Made by a program: the position numbers and the translations under genes. Below, in pieces: positions 1 to 52,830 of a stretch of 64,000 nucleotides of DNA (positions are counted from its first letter, which is position 1; each line of letters opens with the position of its first letter). The DNA comes from Mobula hypostoma (lineage: Eukaryota), in the NCBI RefSeq assembly GCF_963921235.1, contig NC_086108.1:79734001-79798000 (forward strand), read 5' to 3'. The notes below the pieces were generated by a model. It was not told the origin of the DNA. It searched no databases and saw only the letters and a list, made by a program, of their open reading frames with translations.

Positions 1-2399
1 ACTTTGATTAATAAAGGCCAATGTACCAAAAGCTCTCTTTACGACCCTATCTACCTGTGACGCCACTTTTAGGGAATTTTGTATCTGTATTCCCAGATCC
101 CTCTGTTCCACTGCACTCCTCAGTGCCTTACCATTAACCCTGTATGTTCTACGTTGGTTTGTCCTTCCAACGTGCAATACCTCACACTTGTCAGTATTAA
201 TCTCCATCTGCCATTTTTTAGCCCATTTTTCCAGCTGGTCCAAGTCCCTCTGCAGGCTCTGAAAACCTTCCTCACTGTCTACTACACCTCCAATCTTTGT
301 ATCATCAGCAAATTTGCTGATCCAATTTACCACATTATCATCCAGATCATTGATATAGATGACAAATAACAATGGACCCAGCACTGATCCCTGTGGCACA
401 CCACTAGTCACAGGCCTCCACACAGAGAAGCAATTCTCTACTACCACTCTTTGGCTTCTTCCATTGAGCCAACGTCTAATCCAATTTACCACCTCTTCAT
501 GTATACCTAGCGACTGAATTTTCCTAACTAACCTCCCATGCGGGACCTTGTCAAAGGCCTTACTGAAGTCCATGTAGACAATATCCACTGCCTTCCCTTC
601 ATCCACTTTCCTGGTAACCTCCTCGAAAAACTCCAACAGACTGATCAAACATGACCTACCACGCACAAAGCCATGTTGACTCTCCCTAATAAGTCCCTGT
701 CTATCCAAATGGTTGTAGATTCTGTCTCTTAGTACTCCCTCCAATAACTTACCTACTATCGACGTTAAATTTACTGGCCTATAATTTCCCGGATTACTTT
801 TCCATCCTTTTTTTAAACAACAGAACAACATGAGCCACTCTCCAATCCTCTGGCACCTCACCCGTAGACAGCGACATTTTAAATATTTCTGCCAGGGCCC
901 CCCGCAATTTCAACACTAGTCTCCTTCAAGGTCCGAGGGAACACCCTGTCAGGTCCCGGGAATTTATCCACTTTAATTTTCCTCAAGACAGCAAGCACCT
1001 CCTCCCTTTCAATCTGTACAGTTTCCATGATCTCACTACTTGATTCCCTCAATTCCATAGACTTCATGCCAGTTTCCTTAGTAAATACAGACGCAAAAAA
1101 CCTATTTAAGATCTCCCCCATTTCCTTTGGTTCCGCACATAGCCGACCACTCTGATCTTCAAGAGGACCAATTTTATCCCTTACAATCCTTTTGCTCTTA
1201 ATATACCTGTAAAAGCTCTTTGGATTATCCTTCACTTTGACTGCCAAGGCAACCTCATGTCTTCTTTTAGCCCTCCTGATTACTTTCTTTAGTATTTTCT
1301 TGCACTTCTTATACTCCTCAAGCACCTGATTTACTCCCTGTTTCCTATACATTTCATACAACTCCCTCTTCTTCTTTATCAGAGTTGCAATATCCCTTGA
1401 GAACCAAGGTTCCTTATTCCTATTCACTTTGCCTTTAATCCTGACAGAAACATACAAACTCTGCACTCTCAAAATTTCTCCTTTGAAGGCTTCCCACCTA
1501 CTGATCGCATCTTTGCCAGAGAACAACCTGTCCCAATCCACGCTTTTTAGATCCTTTCTCATCTCTTCAAATTTGGCCTTTTTCCAGTTCAGGACCTCAA
1601 CCCTAGGACTAGATCTATCCTTGTCCATGATCAAATTGAAACTAATGGTGTTATGATCACTGGAACCAAAGTGCTCCCCTACACAGACTTCCGTCACTTG
1701 TCCTAACTTGTTTCCTAACAGGAGATCCAATATTGCATCCCCTCTAGTTGGTCCCTCTATATATTTATTTAGAAAACTTTCCTGAACACATTTTACAAAC
1801 TCTAAACCATCTAGACCCCTAACAGTATGGGAGTCCCAATCAATGTATGGAAAATTAAAATCCTCTACCACCACAACTTTATGTTTCCTGCAGTTGCCTG
1901 CTATGTCTCTGCAGATTTGCTCTTCGAAGTCTCGTTGATTATTGGGTGGTCTGTAATACAATCCCACTAATGTGGCCATACCTTTCCTGTTTCTCAGCTC
2001 CACCCATAAGGACTCAGTAGACAAGCCCTCTAATCTGTCCTGCCTGAGCACTGCTGTAATATTTTCCCTAACAAGCAATGCTACTCCCCCACTTTTCATT
2101 CCTCTGCCTCGATCACATCTGAAACATCGGAACCCTGGAATATTAAGCTGCCAGTCCTGCCCCTCCTGTAGCCAAGTTTCACTAATTGCTATAAGGTCAT
2201 AATTCCACCTCTCAATCCACGCCCTCAACTCATCCACCTTCCCCGCAATACTCCTAGCATTGAAATATATACACCTCAGAAGATTTTTACCACCACTCAC
2301 AACCCTTCTATTAGCGGATTTGCTTGAACTTTTAACATCATTTATTTTCACCCCAGCCACACTGTCAGCTCTGGCACTCTGGTTCCCATCCTCCTGCAA
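1..2399 (-). pseudogene. CR1 ORF2 (APE endonuclease plus reverse transcriptase), frameshifted
   Basis: The 506-aa ORF ends prematurely at 879. RT reading resumes after removing one base each from the C6 run (898-903) and the T7 run (808-814). Confidence 0.88.
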
Positions 2400-2401
2400 A
2401 T

Positions 2402-3040
2402 CTAGTTTAAAGCCTCCCCAACAGCACTAACAAACCTCCCTGAAAGGATATTGGTCCCCCTGTAATTCAAGTGTAACCCGTCTCTCTTGTACAAGTCCCA
2501 CCTGCCCCAGAAGAGGTTCCAATGATCCTGAAATCTGAAACCCTGCCCCCTACACCAGTTCCTCAGCCATTTGTTCATCCTCCAGAGCATCTTATTCCTA
2601 CCCTCACTGGCACGTAACACAGGTAGCAATCCTGAGATTACCACCCTCGAGGTCCTGCTTTTCAACTTCCTACCAAGCTCTCTATACTCACTCTCCAGGA
2701 CCGCCTCACTCTTCCTTGCTATGTCATTGGTACCGATGTGCACCACGACATCTGGCTGATCACCCTCCCACTCATGCAATCGATCAGAGACATCCTTGAC
2801 CCTGGCACCCGGGAGACAACAAACCATCCTGGATTCTCTGTCACGACCACAGAACCTCCTATCTTTACCTCTAACTATTGAGTCCCCTATCACTACCGCT
2901 CTCCTCTTTTTCCACCCTCCCTTCTGCACTGCATAGCCAGACTCAGTGCCAGAGATCCGGCTACTGCAGATTGTCCTAGGTAAGTCATCCCTCCCAACAG
3001 TATCCAATGCGGTATACTTGTTGTTGAGGGGAATGGCCAC
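2402..3040 (-). CDS. CR1 ORF1, SGNH/GDSL esterase-like domain (5' partial)
   Basis: GDS, GTND and DGLH blocks in the 212-aa ORF, which directly abuts ORF2. Confidence 0.85.
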   Translation of the reverse strand: MAIPLNNKYTALDTVGRDDLPRTICSSRISGTESGYAVQKGGWKKRRAVVIGDSIVRGKDRRFCGRDRESRMVCCLPGARVKDVSDRLHEWEGDQPDVVVHIGTNDIARKSEAVLESEYRELGRKLKSRTSRVVISGLLPVLRASEGRNKMLWRMNKWLRNWCRGQGFRFQDHWNLFWGRWDLYKRDGLHLNYRGTNILSGRFVSAVGEALN

Positions 3041-3169
3041 AGGGGAACCCTGCTCTGCCTGCCCATTCCTCTTCCCTCACCTAACAGTGACCCAATTTCC
3101 TGTCCTCTGCTCTTTTGGCCTAACTACCTCCCTGTAGCTACTATCTATAATCTCCTCATTCTCCTCATG

Positions 3170-3475
3170 ATTTTGTCTCATCTGTTCACAGAACATTGTT
3201 CCAGAAGCATTGTAGAAGATCCAAGGGGTCTTTTACAAACTTGAGACATGGAGAAATTTTTTTTTGGAGAGCAGTGGTTTCCTCCCTGGTGTCCTTCCAT
3301 GAACACCACTCGTGTTCAGTGTTTTTCTCATGATGGATACATGAACAAAGCCTTTAGCAAGTTCTAGAGATTTCTGTAGGTCTTTTGATATTACCCTTGG
3401 GTTCTTCTTCACCTCCTTCAGCATTGCACGCTGTGCTCTTGGTGTGATCTTTGCAGGATGCCCACTCCTAGGGCA
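3170..3475 (-). mobile_element. Tc1/mariner transposase fragment
   Basis: ORF 3233-3424 (EVKKNPRVISKDLQKSL...RKTLNTSGVHGRTPGRKPLLSKK) is typical of the Tc1 DNA-binding region. Confidence 0.8.
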
Positions 3476-6400
3476 AGCATTCTTTCCAGTTTAATAATGT
3501 CATCCCTTAATCAGAACTCTGCACAATACTCAAATGCTGTCTCACCAATATCTTCTATTAAGTTGGTCATAACTTTTCTTTACATCCACCTTCTTATAGA
3601 TCAATGTTAATTAATCAGAGAATAATTTTCTACAGTCCACTGAACCCAAAAGACAGTGATAGGCAGGAAAAAGAAAAAAAGGTCTGGAATTTTTTTTATT
3701 GACTGAGATGGGTAAAGTAAAACTGAAAAACTGCGGAGCATACAGCTTAGATCAATCTGATTGTGTCTACCAAAATTGTCAGCTGGTACAATGCTGATAG
3801 AAATGAGGACGCCCTTTGTTCCAGATAAAAAGCATGTTGCAAGCTGGTTAACTGAAGAATCAAGATTCTGGGAAGTGGACTGGGGAGGGTAATAACTGGA
3901 AGAACACCCAGAGACCACATAGCTGCACTCAAACATCTGCTCCAGAGAAACTGCCATTATTAATATATGCATGGCACTACTCCTCAAGATAGTTAACACC
4001 AGTATGTAGCTCCAATGAGTGTAAAATCAAATTAAACCTTCACTTATTTTTTCTTGATACAAAGGTGGGATTAAGTATTAAGTATTCATATGACTTCTGC
4101 TCTTACTTCATGAAATGATCTGTTTCTTTATTAAGCTAATTGACTGATAACTCTGAATATGGTGAAACTTTTGCAAATAAATATCGAAGAAATCAATCAT
4201 TCATGTTCTGGCCTTTGTATAAGGCACCATGATGTGCAGCTTAGACACAATGTAGAATAAGTAGGAAGCAAAACCATTGAGCAGAGAGATCATGTTAAAA
4301 CTTTATAAGCCTCTGGTAAGGCCACAATTGGAGGATTGAATCTCAATATGATCTCCACATTTGAGAAAGGAAGAATGTCAAAGACATACAGCACAGAACC
4401 AGACCCTTCAGAACAATTTGTCCAGGCTGACCAAGACACCTCTCTAAGCTAACTCAATTTGCCCACATGGCCTGTTTTCATCTAAACTTCTATCCCTGTA
4501 CCTGCTCAAATATCTTTTAAATGTTGTTACTGTAATTGCCTCCACTAGTTCCTCTGGCAGCTTGTTCCATCTATACACCAGCCTAGGTGGGTAGAAGCAA
4601 TCCCTTGGGTCTTTTTAATGTATTCTCTTCACCTTAAAGCTACGCCTTCTGGTTGTTTTGTTAACAACTCTGGTTTAACACAGCACTGTGAAGCATGGTG
4701 ACAACTTGTTGGCAGAAAAAAAAATTACTTTATTAATCACACTTTTTCCTGAAAATTATCAACACAATCAATAGCCTGTAATTTCCCTTTTAGAGTTGAG
4801 TTTCTGAACTGCCTGCACAACCTGGCATTTTTGCGGTGGGTACTGAATTATTGAAGGAGCAGGATGGTTGCGTCGTGGCGTGTGTGAGCTGAACTGAGGT
4901 AGTGGGGCCTGGGCCTGAGAGCAGGGAACAAGTGGAAGTTTAACCGACTTAAGCATTAGGCTGAATTGGATGTCAGGTATGGGCTGATTCAAGGACACAG
5001 GTCCCAGGCCTGAGAATGTATTGAAGTAGTAGGGCCCGGATCCGAGATCGAGGAGCGACCTGCTGTTTGGCAGATTCTAGCACCGGGCCAGATTGAAAAG
5101 GTTATGGTGTCAGGGCTATGTTCATCTTATTGCTTTGTGAGGTTTATGCGCCTCTGCACTGAACTAAGGCTGTGGCCTGCAACTATGGCCTATGACTGGC
5201 TTCATGGTGGACTCACTTTTGCTTGCGCGATTCATTTTTCTCTGCACATTGGGTGTTTAAAAGGTCTTAATTTTTAAAAAATGGTTCTATTGGATTTCTT
5301 TGTGTTGTGGCTGCCTGTAAGGAGATGAATCTCAAGGTTGTATCCAGGATACATACTTTAATAAATGTACTTTGAGTTTGTTGATTACTTTTCCTTGGGT
5401 AGAAAGTCTCTGTGTATTCACCCTCTCTATGACCCTCATGAATTTATACACATCAAGGTCAGCTCTGTCTCCTATATACCAGGAACAAAGGCCTAGTCTG
5501 CCTAATCTCTCTTTTTAACTCATACCCACATGTTCTACCAACAATCTCAACCTTCTTCGCACTCTTTTCAGCTTAGGTAACTAACCATTGAACAAAATAC
5601 TCTTGCTGCAGCTTCACCAATATCCTTCAAACTGCAACATAACGTCCCAACTCCTGTATTCAATGCTGTAAATGATGAATGTCACTGTGCCAAACACTTT
5701 CTTCACCATCCATTGGCTGATGTCATTTTTAGGACATGTCCAAGATGTAGACAATGTAGGAAAAGATTTAGTAGAAAGGTGTTAGAATGAAGAGTTTCAC
5801 TGGAGAAATTAGAACAGTTTCCCTAAAATCAAGGAAGACTTAGAGGAGATTTAACAGTGGTCTGCAAGATCCTGACAGGTTTTGATCAAGTGGATAGTGT
5901 AAAGTTGTTCTTGCTACATGTGCTGCAAGGATCAAAGGACAAAGATTCAAAGTAATGGACAAAATTTAGTGGAAGGCGGTGCAAGGAAAATTCCCTTTAA
6001 TAAAAAACTCACCGCCAGCAAGAATGGTGGAAAAAGAATCAGAAACAGGTTTTTCAAGGGAATTATATACCACAGAGAAAAAAAATAATTTAAAGAGCTA
6101 GGGAATAAGATTAACCAGGTTGATTTACAAGGTGGTAGTGGGGATTCAATGACCTCCTGTAAAAATTCTATTGCATTCAATTATAAAATACAAACTTTTT
6201 TTGCTGCAGAATTATATTCCCAACATTAACATTCTCTCTTCTCCCCTCTTGCATCAGGCAAGAGATTCAAAATCCAAACAGCACACATCATCAGGTTCAA
6301 GGTCAGTTACTACACCACTGTTATAAGACTATTCTTGTACGATAAAATGACTTCTTCCTTCGTAATCTACCTCGTTATGATCTTGCACCTTATTGTCTAC

Positions 6401-6905
6401 CTGCACTTTCTTCGTAAATGTTGCACTTTATTTTGCACTCTTATTGTTTTACTTCGTACTATCTCAATGATTAGATCTGTATGAATAGTATGCAAGACAC
6501 GCTTTTCACTGTACGTTGCATATGACAATAATAAACAAATTCCAATAGTATCAAATAGTAACAGAGTTCTCAACACACAACGCGGACTCTGATTACACAA
6601 CTCCAATAACTCAATCATTATATACATATAAGTAAACACTAGATATGACAAACCATGAATTTAATATCCTTTGTTACTTCTCACAAGTTGAAAACTTGCT
6701 ATTAAAAGACACAGAAGGGACTTCAATTCTAATCAGAGAGCTTCTTTTGAAGTTGCGGACAGGGAACTGAAAAAAAAATCATCACTGTTCAACTAGAATA
6801 AGAACACAATTGCTGAACGATTCGGGATGTTGGCTGAGAGTGATCAGCAACTTCGGATCGCAAGGAGCTGCCGAGTTGATACTGACCGGCGGTTGATTTA
6901 AAACA

Positions 6906-7067
6906 ACAGACATAAAAGTTGTCGGTGAACGCAGCAGGCTAGGCAGCATCCCTAGGAAGAGGTAGAGGACCTCTTCCCAGAGATGCTGCCTGGCCTGCTG
7001 CGTTCACCGACAACTTTTATGTGTGTTGCTTGAAATTCCAGCGTCTGCAGATTTCCTCGTGTTTGGT
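6906..7067. mobile_element. Fold-back Penelope-terminus-derived mini-element with 13-bp TSD
   Basis: Inverted arms 6906-6963 and 6969-7026; TSD TTGATTTAAAACA at 6893-6905 and 7068-7080. Confidence 0.85.
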
Positions 7068-7197
7068 TTGATTTAAAACATGGTTCTCGCCCGGGGCACT
7101 ACTGCAGGCCACCCTGCTCGTTGCCCACTGCAAGGCCACACGTCTGATGACGCCGTTCCTATCCCAAACAACTACTTCGGTATAAAGTTACCCCTAC

Positions 7198-7220
7198 CTG
7201 CAGAGATCCCCGCACTCCAT
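7198..7220 (-). CDS. UROD: Probable first coding exon of divergent gene, uroporphyrinogen decarboxylase (MECGDLC-)
   Basis: ATG GAG TGC GGG GAT CTC TGC AG|GTAGGG on the - strand, 23 nt, phase 2. Human UROD is head-to-head with HECTD3 and has a similarly tiny phase-2 first coding exon. No downstream UROD exon was recognised in 1-7197, so the assignment rests on synteny. Confidence 0.55.
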
Positions 7221-7389
7221 ATCTACGGCTTCTGCGTCCACCGCTAGTCCCCGCTGGGCACTGCCATGTTGACAGGTAACTCCGCACCACGTGACCTATT
7301 CGGCCAATCAGTTCCCAGGGGTCGGTGACGACCCGCACGTGACGAGCATCACCCAGTCCGCGAGCGGCGGCGGTCACGTGCTCGCTCCC

Positions 7390-7450
7390 GGAGCGGAAAG
7401 CGGAGAGAGGGGATGGTCTCCGGCGCCTGAGCGGGCAGGGTGTGAAGGAA
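7390..7450 (+). other. HECTD3: Putative non-coding first (5'UTR) exon of HECTD3
   Basis: GC-rich segment downstream of the E-boxes ending in GAA|GTGAGG (7450/7451). An upstream exon is implied because an acceptor lies 6 nt before the ATG at 8968. The start position is uncertain. Confidence 0.5.
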
Positions 7451-8967
7451 GTGAGGTTAACGCAGCATCGGGCAGGCGGGCAGCGGAGCTGTCAGTGGGA
7501 ATGATAACTGTGGAGGTATTTCATAAAATGGAAAAACAGCTGATCACTCGTTCGTTGTGTAATGGCCAGTTGAGGACTTGGATTATTATGGAATTCCATT
7601 AAATATCAAGTTTTGGAGAATAACACGTATTAAAACTCATTGCACGAAAGAGATTCCTGCTGAGTTCCTCCAGCAGTTAGTGTGCTGTTTAAAATCATTG
7701 TATCCCTGATGTGGAATGTAAATACTGTAAAGGACTGTGCAGTACCATTGGAGCCCTGGCCTTCCTCTACTCGAATTCTGAGCTCTGAGTATACATTGCG
7801 TTGATTGCGTGACTTCGTCCCTCTGACTCATTAAGAAATTCTACAATTTCCTGAGCCTTTATGTCTATCTTGGGTGTTTAAAAGAAACTATTGTCGCTCT
7901 GTGTTGGTCCTGTACTGATAATCAGAATAATTTCTGTTAACTCTTTGAAAATTCTGTTTAGTTTTAATCGTTCCATTTACTGTATCTAGTTTGTGTATTT
8001 GTCAAAAAACTACTTTTGTCATCCATTTCATATTTTTTCCTTGCATGTTTTTGAAACTGCACTGGACTGATCACAGTCTAGATTTTGCGTTTGGCCCTGT
8101 AGAACTTCAGGTTTGTGCTGTACAAAGATTACACTTTTTAAATTTTCTTAACTTTGCGCAACTCTGCTCCATTTCTTTTCCAAGGGTCTTGAATGGAAAA
8201 GTTTACAGAAAGTAGTAGATACAGCCCAGTCCATCATGGGTAAAGCACTCCCCACCACTGAGCACATCTTCATGGAATACTGTTGCAGGAAAGCAGTACC
8301 TGTCATCAAGGGTCTCCATCATTCAGGCTATGCTCTTTTCTTGCTGCTGCCATCAGGAAGGAGGTACTGAAGCTTTAAGTCCCACTCCATCAGGTTCAGG
8401 AACAGTTATTACCCCTCAACCATCGGGCTCTTGAACCAGAGGGGATAATTTCAATCACCCCCAACACTTCTCTAGCCCTGTATCTCTTTCACCAGTCAAC
8501 TTCCCAGCTCTTTGCTTCACCCTCCCTCCTCCCAGTTTCACCTATCACTTTGTGCATCTCTGTCCCTCCCCCCACCTTTTAAATCTACTCATCTTTTTTT
8601 CTCCAGTCCTGCCGAAGGGTCTCAGCCCAAAATGTTGACTGCATTTTCCCCCCATAGATGCTGCCTGGCCTGCTGAGTTTTTCCAGCATTTTGTGTGTGT
8701 TGCTTTGATTTCCAGCGTCTGCAGATTTTCTCATGTTTGTAAAAAAAAATCTAGGGTGCCTTAGACTTTTGCTCAGTACTAAATACAAACAAGAGTAAGT
8801 GAAGGAGGTTATTAGGATCCTCTGAAAGACTGAATAGTTGGGTAAGAAGTAATTGAATTCAAAAGTTGCTCAAAACTCACTGATGGCCCTTCCTATCCTT
8901 TATGTTGAACTCGTATAAATAGTTATCATAAATAACGATAATTTTAACTCTTTCAATTTAGACTGCA

Positions 8968-50738
<41,771 letters not shown>

Positions 50739-52830
50739 TGACGCATGGTATCTGCTGCATTTGAATAGAATATTGTGGTTGGTGAAAGAATTAATGGTTC
50801 ATAGTTGCCTTAAAATGTTGTTGTCCTTATCTTCTCCTCCCCCCGCCCCCACACACATCCATTTCTGAGTTTCCATGGCGATTTGGTGATTCACTTTAAC
50901 CAATTGGAACAAAGAAGCTTTCATGTGCGAGTCACAAAAATGACCAATAATGCTCTCCAGTGCTGCTGTGGTGGTCATTTAGAGCCATGTGGTTACATGG
51001 CTTGTATTCCTGAGGTCACTGCTTCTGATGCAAAAAAAAAATTTTCTTAAGTCTGGGGGTAGGGTAATTCTTTGGAGAAAAAGTAAAATTGAACACTTTG
51101 TTCTTGGCTAAGCCTATAGAAGCAACTTCCAAGTCCAAAGTGCTTTGTAGCCAGTGAATTGTATTTGAAGTGTTGGAGCATTATTCTGAGCATAAATAGG
51201 GTTTATACAGCATCACAGGGTTCCACAACATCACATGAGATGGACAACTAGAAAATCAATATTCTTTGGTGTTAGTCAAAATACTCTTAAGGTTCAGTTG
51301 AATCACTAGAAAGGACTTGCTTCCTCCATGCAGCAAACTACTGTTAATCCATGTTATTCGGCTGATGCTAGATCTTACGCAAATTATTGGCCAAGAAATT
51401 ATGCACTTGGTTACCTGACTTTCCATAATTTAATATAAGTGACTGGAAAATATGTGCTGTGGACTTTGTCATTGCCATGATTCACTGCAAACATTACCCC
51501 ACCAAGCCCTTATTCACTCATACCTAATCAATGAGTCTTGAACCCTCAACCATTTAAATTAGCGATAGGCTTCTATTTGCAACTTGTTCCAGAATGGCAT
51601 TGCTAAAGGAATATTTGCTTGAATTACACACAGGAAGCATGCATGATTAAAATATGTTACTGCAGATCAATGCATTCCAACAAATAAACAACAGCAAATG
51701 CAGTGCTCTACTTGGAGGAGAATGAATATTGTAATCTTATGAATTGGATTGATAAACATGTTTTAAGTGATCACACTGAAACTGATGTTCTATGATATAA
51801 GTGACAATTTGACTTCAGAGTTTACAACAGATGAATTGGTAAGGTAATTCTGTCATTTCTGATTCGTTAAGTGAATAGATAACTTCCATCCGTCTTATAT
51901 CTGACTATCCTTAAACTGTCAGGTAAATGAAGTGAAATAGCAGAAATGCTTGGAAATTCTCCATTAGAGATACGTTAAATATCAGTCACCCCACACGTTG
52001 CTCTACTGTCTACCACTGTGACCCTTCAGTACAGCCCCAATAAAACTCCAGTTAATGAAGTGCCAGATAACTGGATGTTACTGTATAGCCAATTAGATTT
52101 TGAGTATTTGTCTCAGTAGGGTAATGGAACTTAATGCACTTTGCTACAGGGCTCTGGCCTTGTGTGAGAATGTATTGCCATCTTTTTGTTTTAGATAATA
52201 TAATAATTCAAGTTTGAATGCATTGTATCCAGTGTCTGAAATTGTATACAAATACATTCTGTACAGTTTAAGTAATCATTTATTTTCTCTGATAAAACCA
52301 TTTGAAAACTACTTCAAGCTATGTATTGTTACCCAGATTGTAGTTTCTGTACTTGCAGTGGCAACCCACAGGATAAAGGAACTTGGGTTAAAGAATAATC
52401 ACTGTTTTATGCACTCCCTTGATACCTGGGGTGCTCTGAATCTCAGAATTTTTTCATTCAGAGCTTTGCTATCTCCCAGAAAGACCAGTAGATGGGAGCA
52501 CAGCATTAAGAGTCTTTTCCAGCAGATGTGCTCTACATGGTGACAAAAAAAATTGGCTGGATTTCTATAAGTAATGATAATCTTGCTCTCCCTTTCTGCT
52601 AAAATAATTGTTGCTGTTATTAATGATGCCATTGAGACCAAACAGAAGGAAATACAAGTTAATCGGTCTATTTATATGTGAAATTCATGCAACCTAGCTA
52701 ATTAATACCTAGTTGGGTATGATCTTCTAGTTTATACAATTCATCTTCACAGTTACTTGTTCAGTGAAATATGTAATTTAAGATGTTTAATACTATATTA
52801 AAATATTAAAATCAAAGCTGTGAAATGATA
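50739..52830 (+). other. HECTD3: Probable HECTD3 3'UTR
   Basis: AT-rich stretch after the stop codon with no recognisable TE. Candidate polyA signals are AATAAA at about 51683 and 52039, and ATTAAA at about 52797 and 52804. The true end is unknown. Confidence 0.45.

Larger units (their letters stand above)
1..3165 (-). mobile_element. CR1-clade LINE, near-intact, running off the window's left edge
   Basis: ORF1 at 2402-3040 has SGNH esterase motifs (VIGDSIVRG, HIGTND, DGLHLN). ORF2 from 2399 has an AP endonuclease (YFNARSI, ISETWL, DFNFP, SDH), then RT motifs (YMDFSKAFDKVPH, GVPQGSVLGP, KFADD near 301-316) after two +1 homopolymer frameshifts. Confidence 0.95.
7180..7500. promoter_or_regulatory. 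CpG-rich bidirectional promoter with three GTCACGTG E-boxes, a CCAAT box and a YY1-like site
   Basis: High CpG density relative to the flanks. CACGTGAC at 7288-7295 and 7336-7343, GTCACGTG at 7373-7380, CCAAT at 7304-7308, GCCATGTT at 7263-7270. Confidence 0.8.

Noticed and set aside
3607..3999. 130-aa minus-strand ORF as a UROD exon or novel gene
   Set aside because: It has no UROD motifs (such as WCMRQAGRYLPE) and no recognisable domain.
7273..7281. CAG|GTAACT as an alternative + strand first-exon donor
   Set aside because: It lies upstream of the E-box/CCAAT cluster, within the divergent gene's leader, and has no other support without transcript data.
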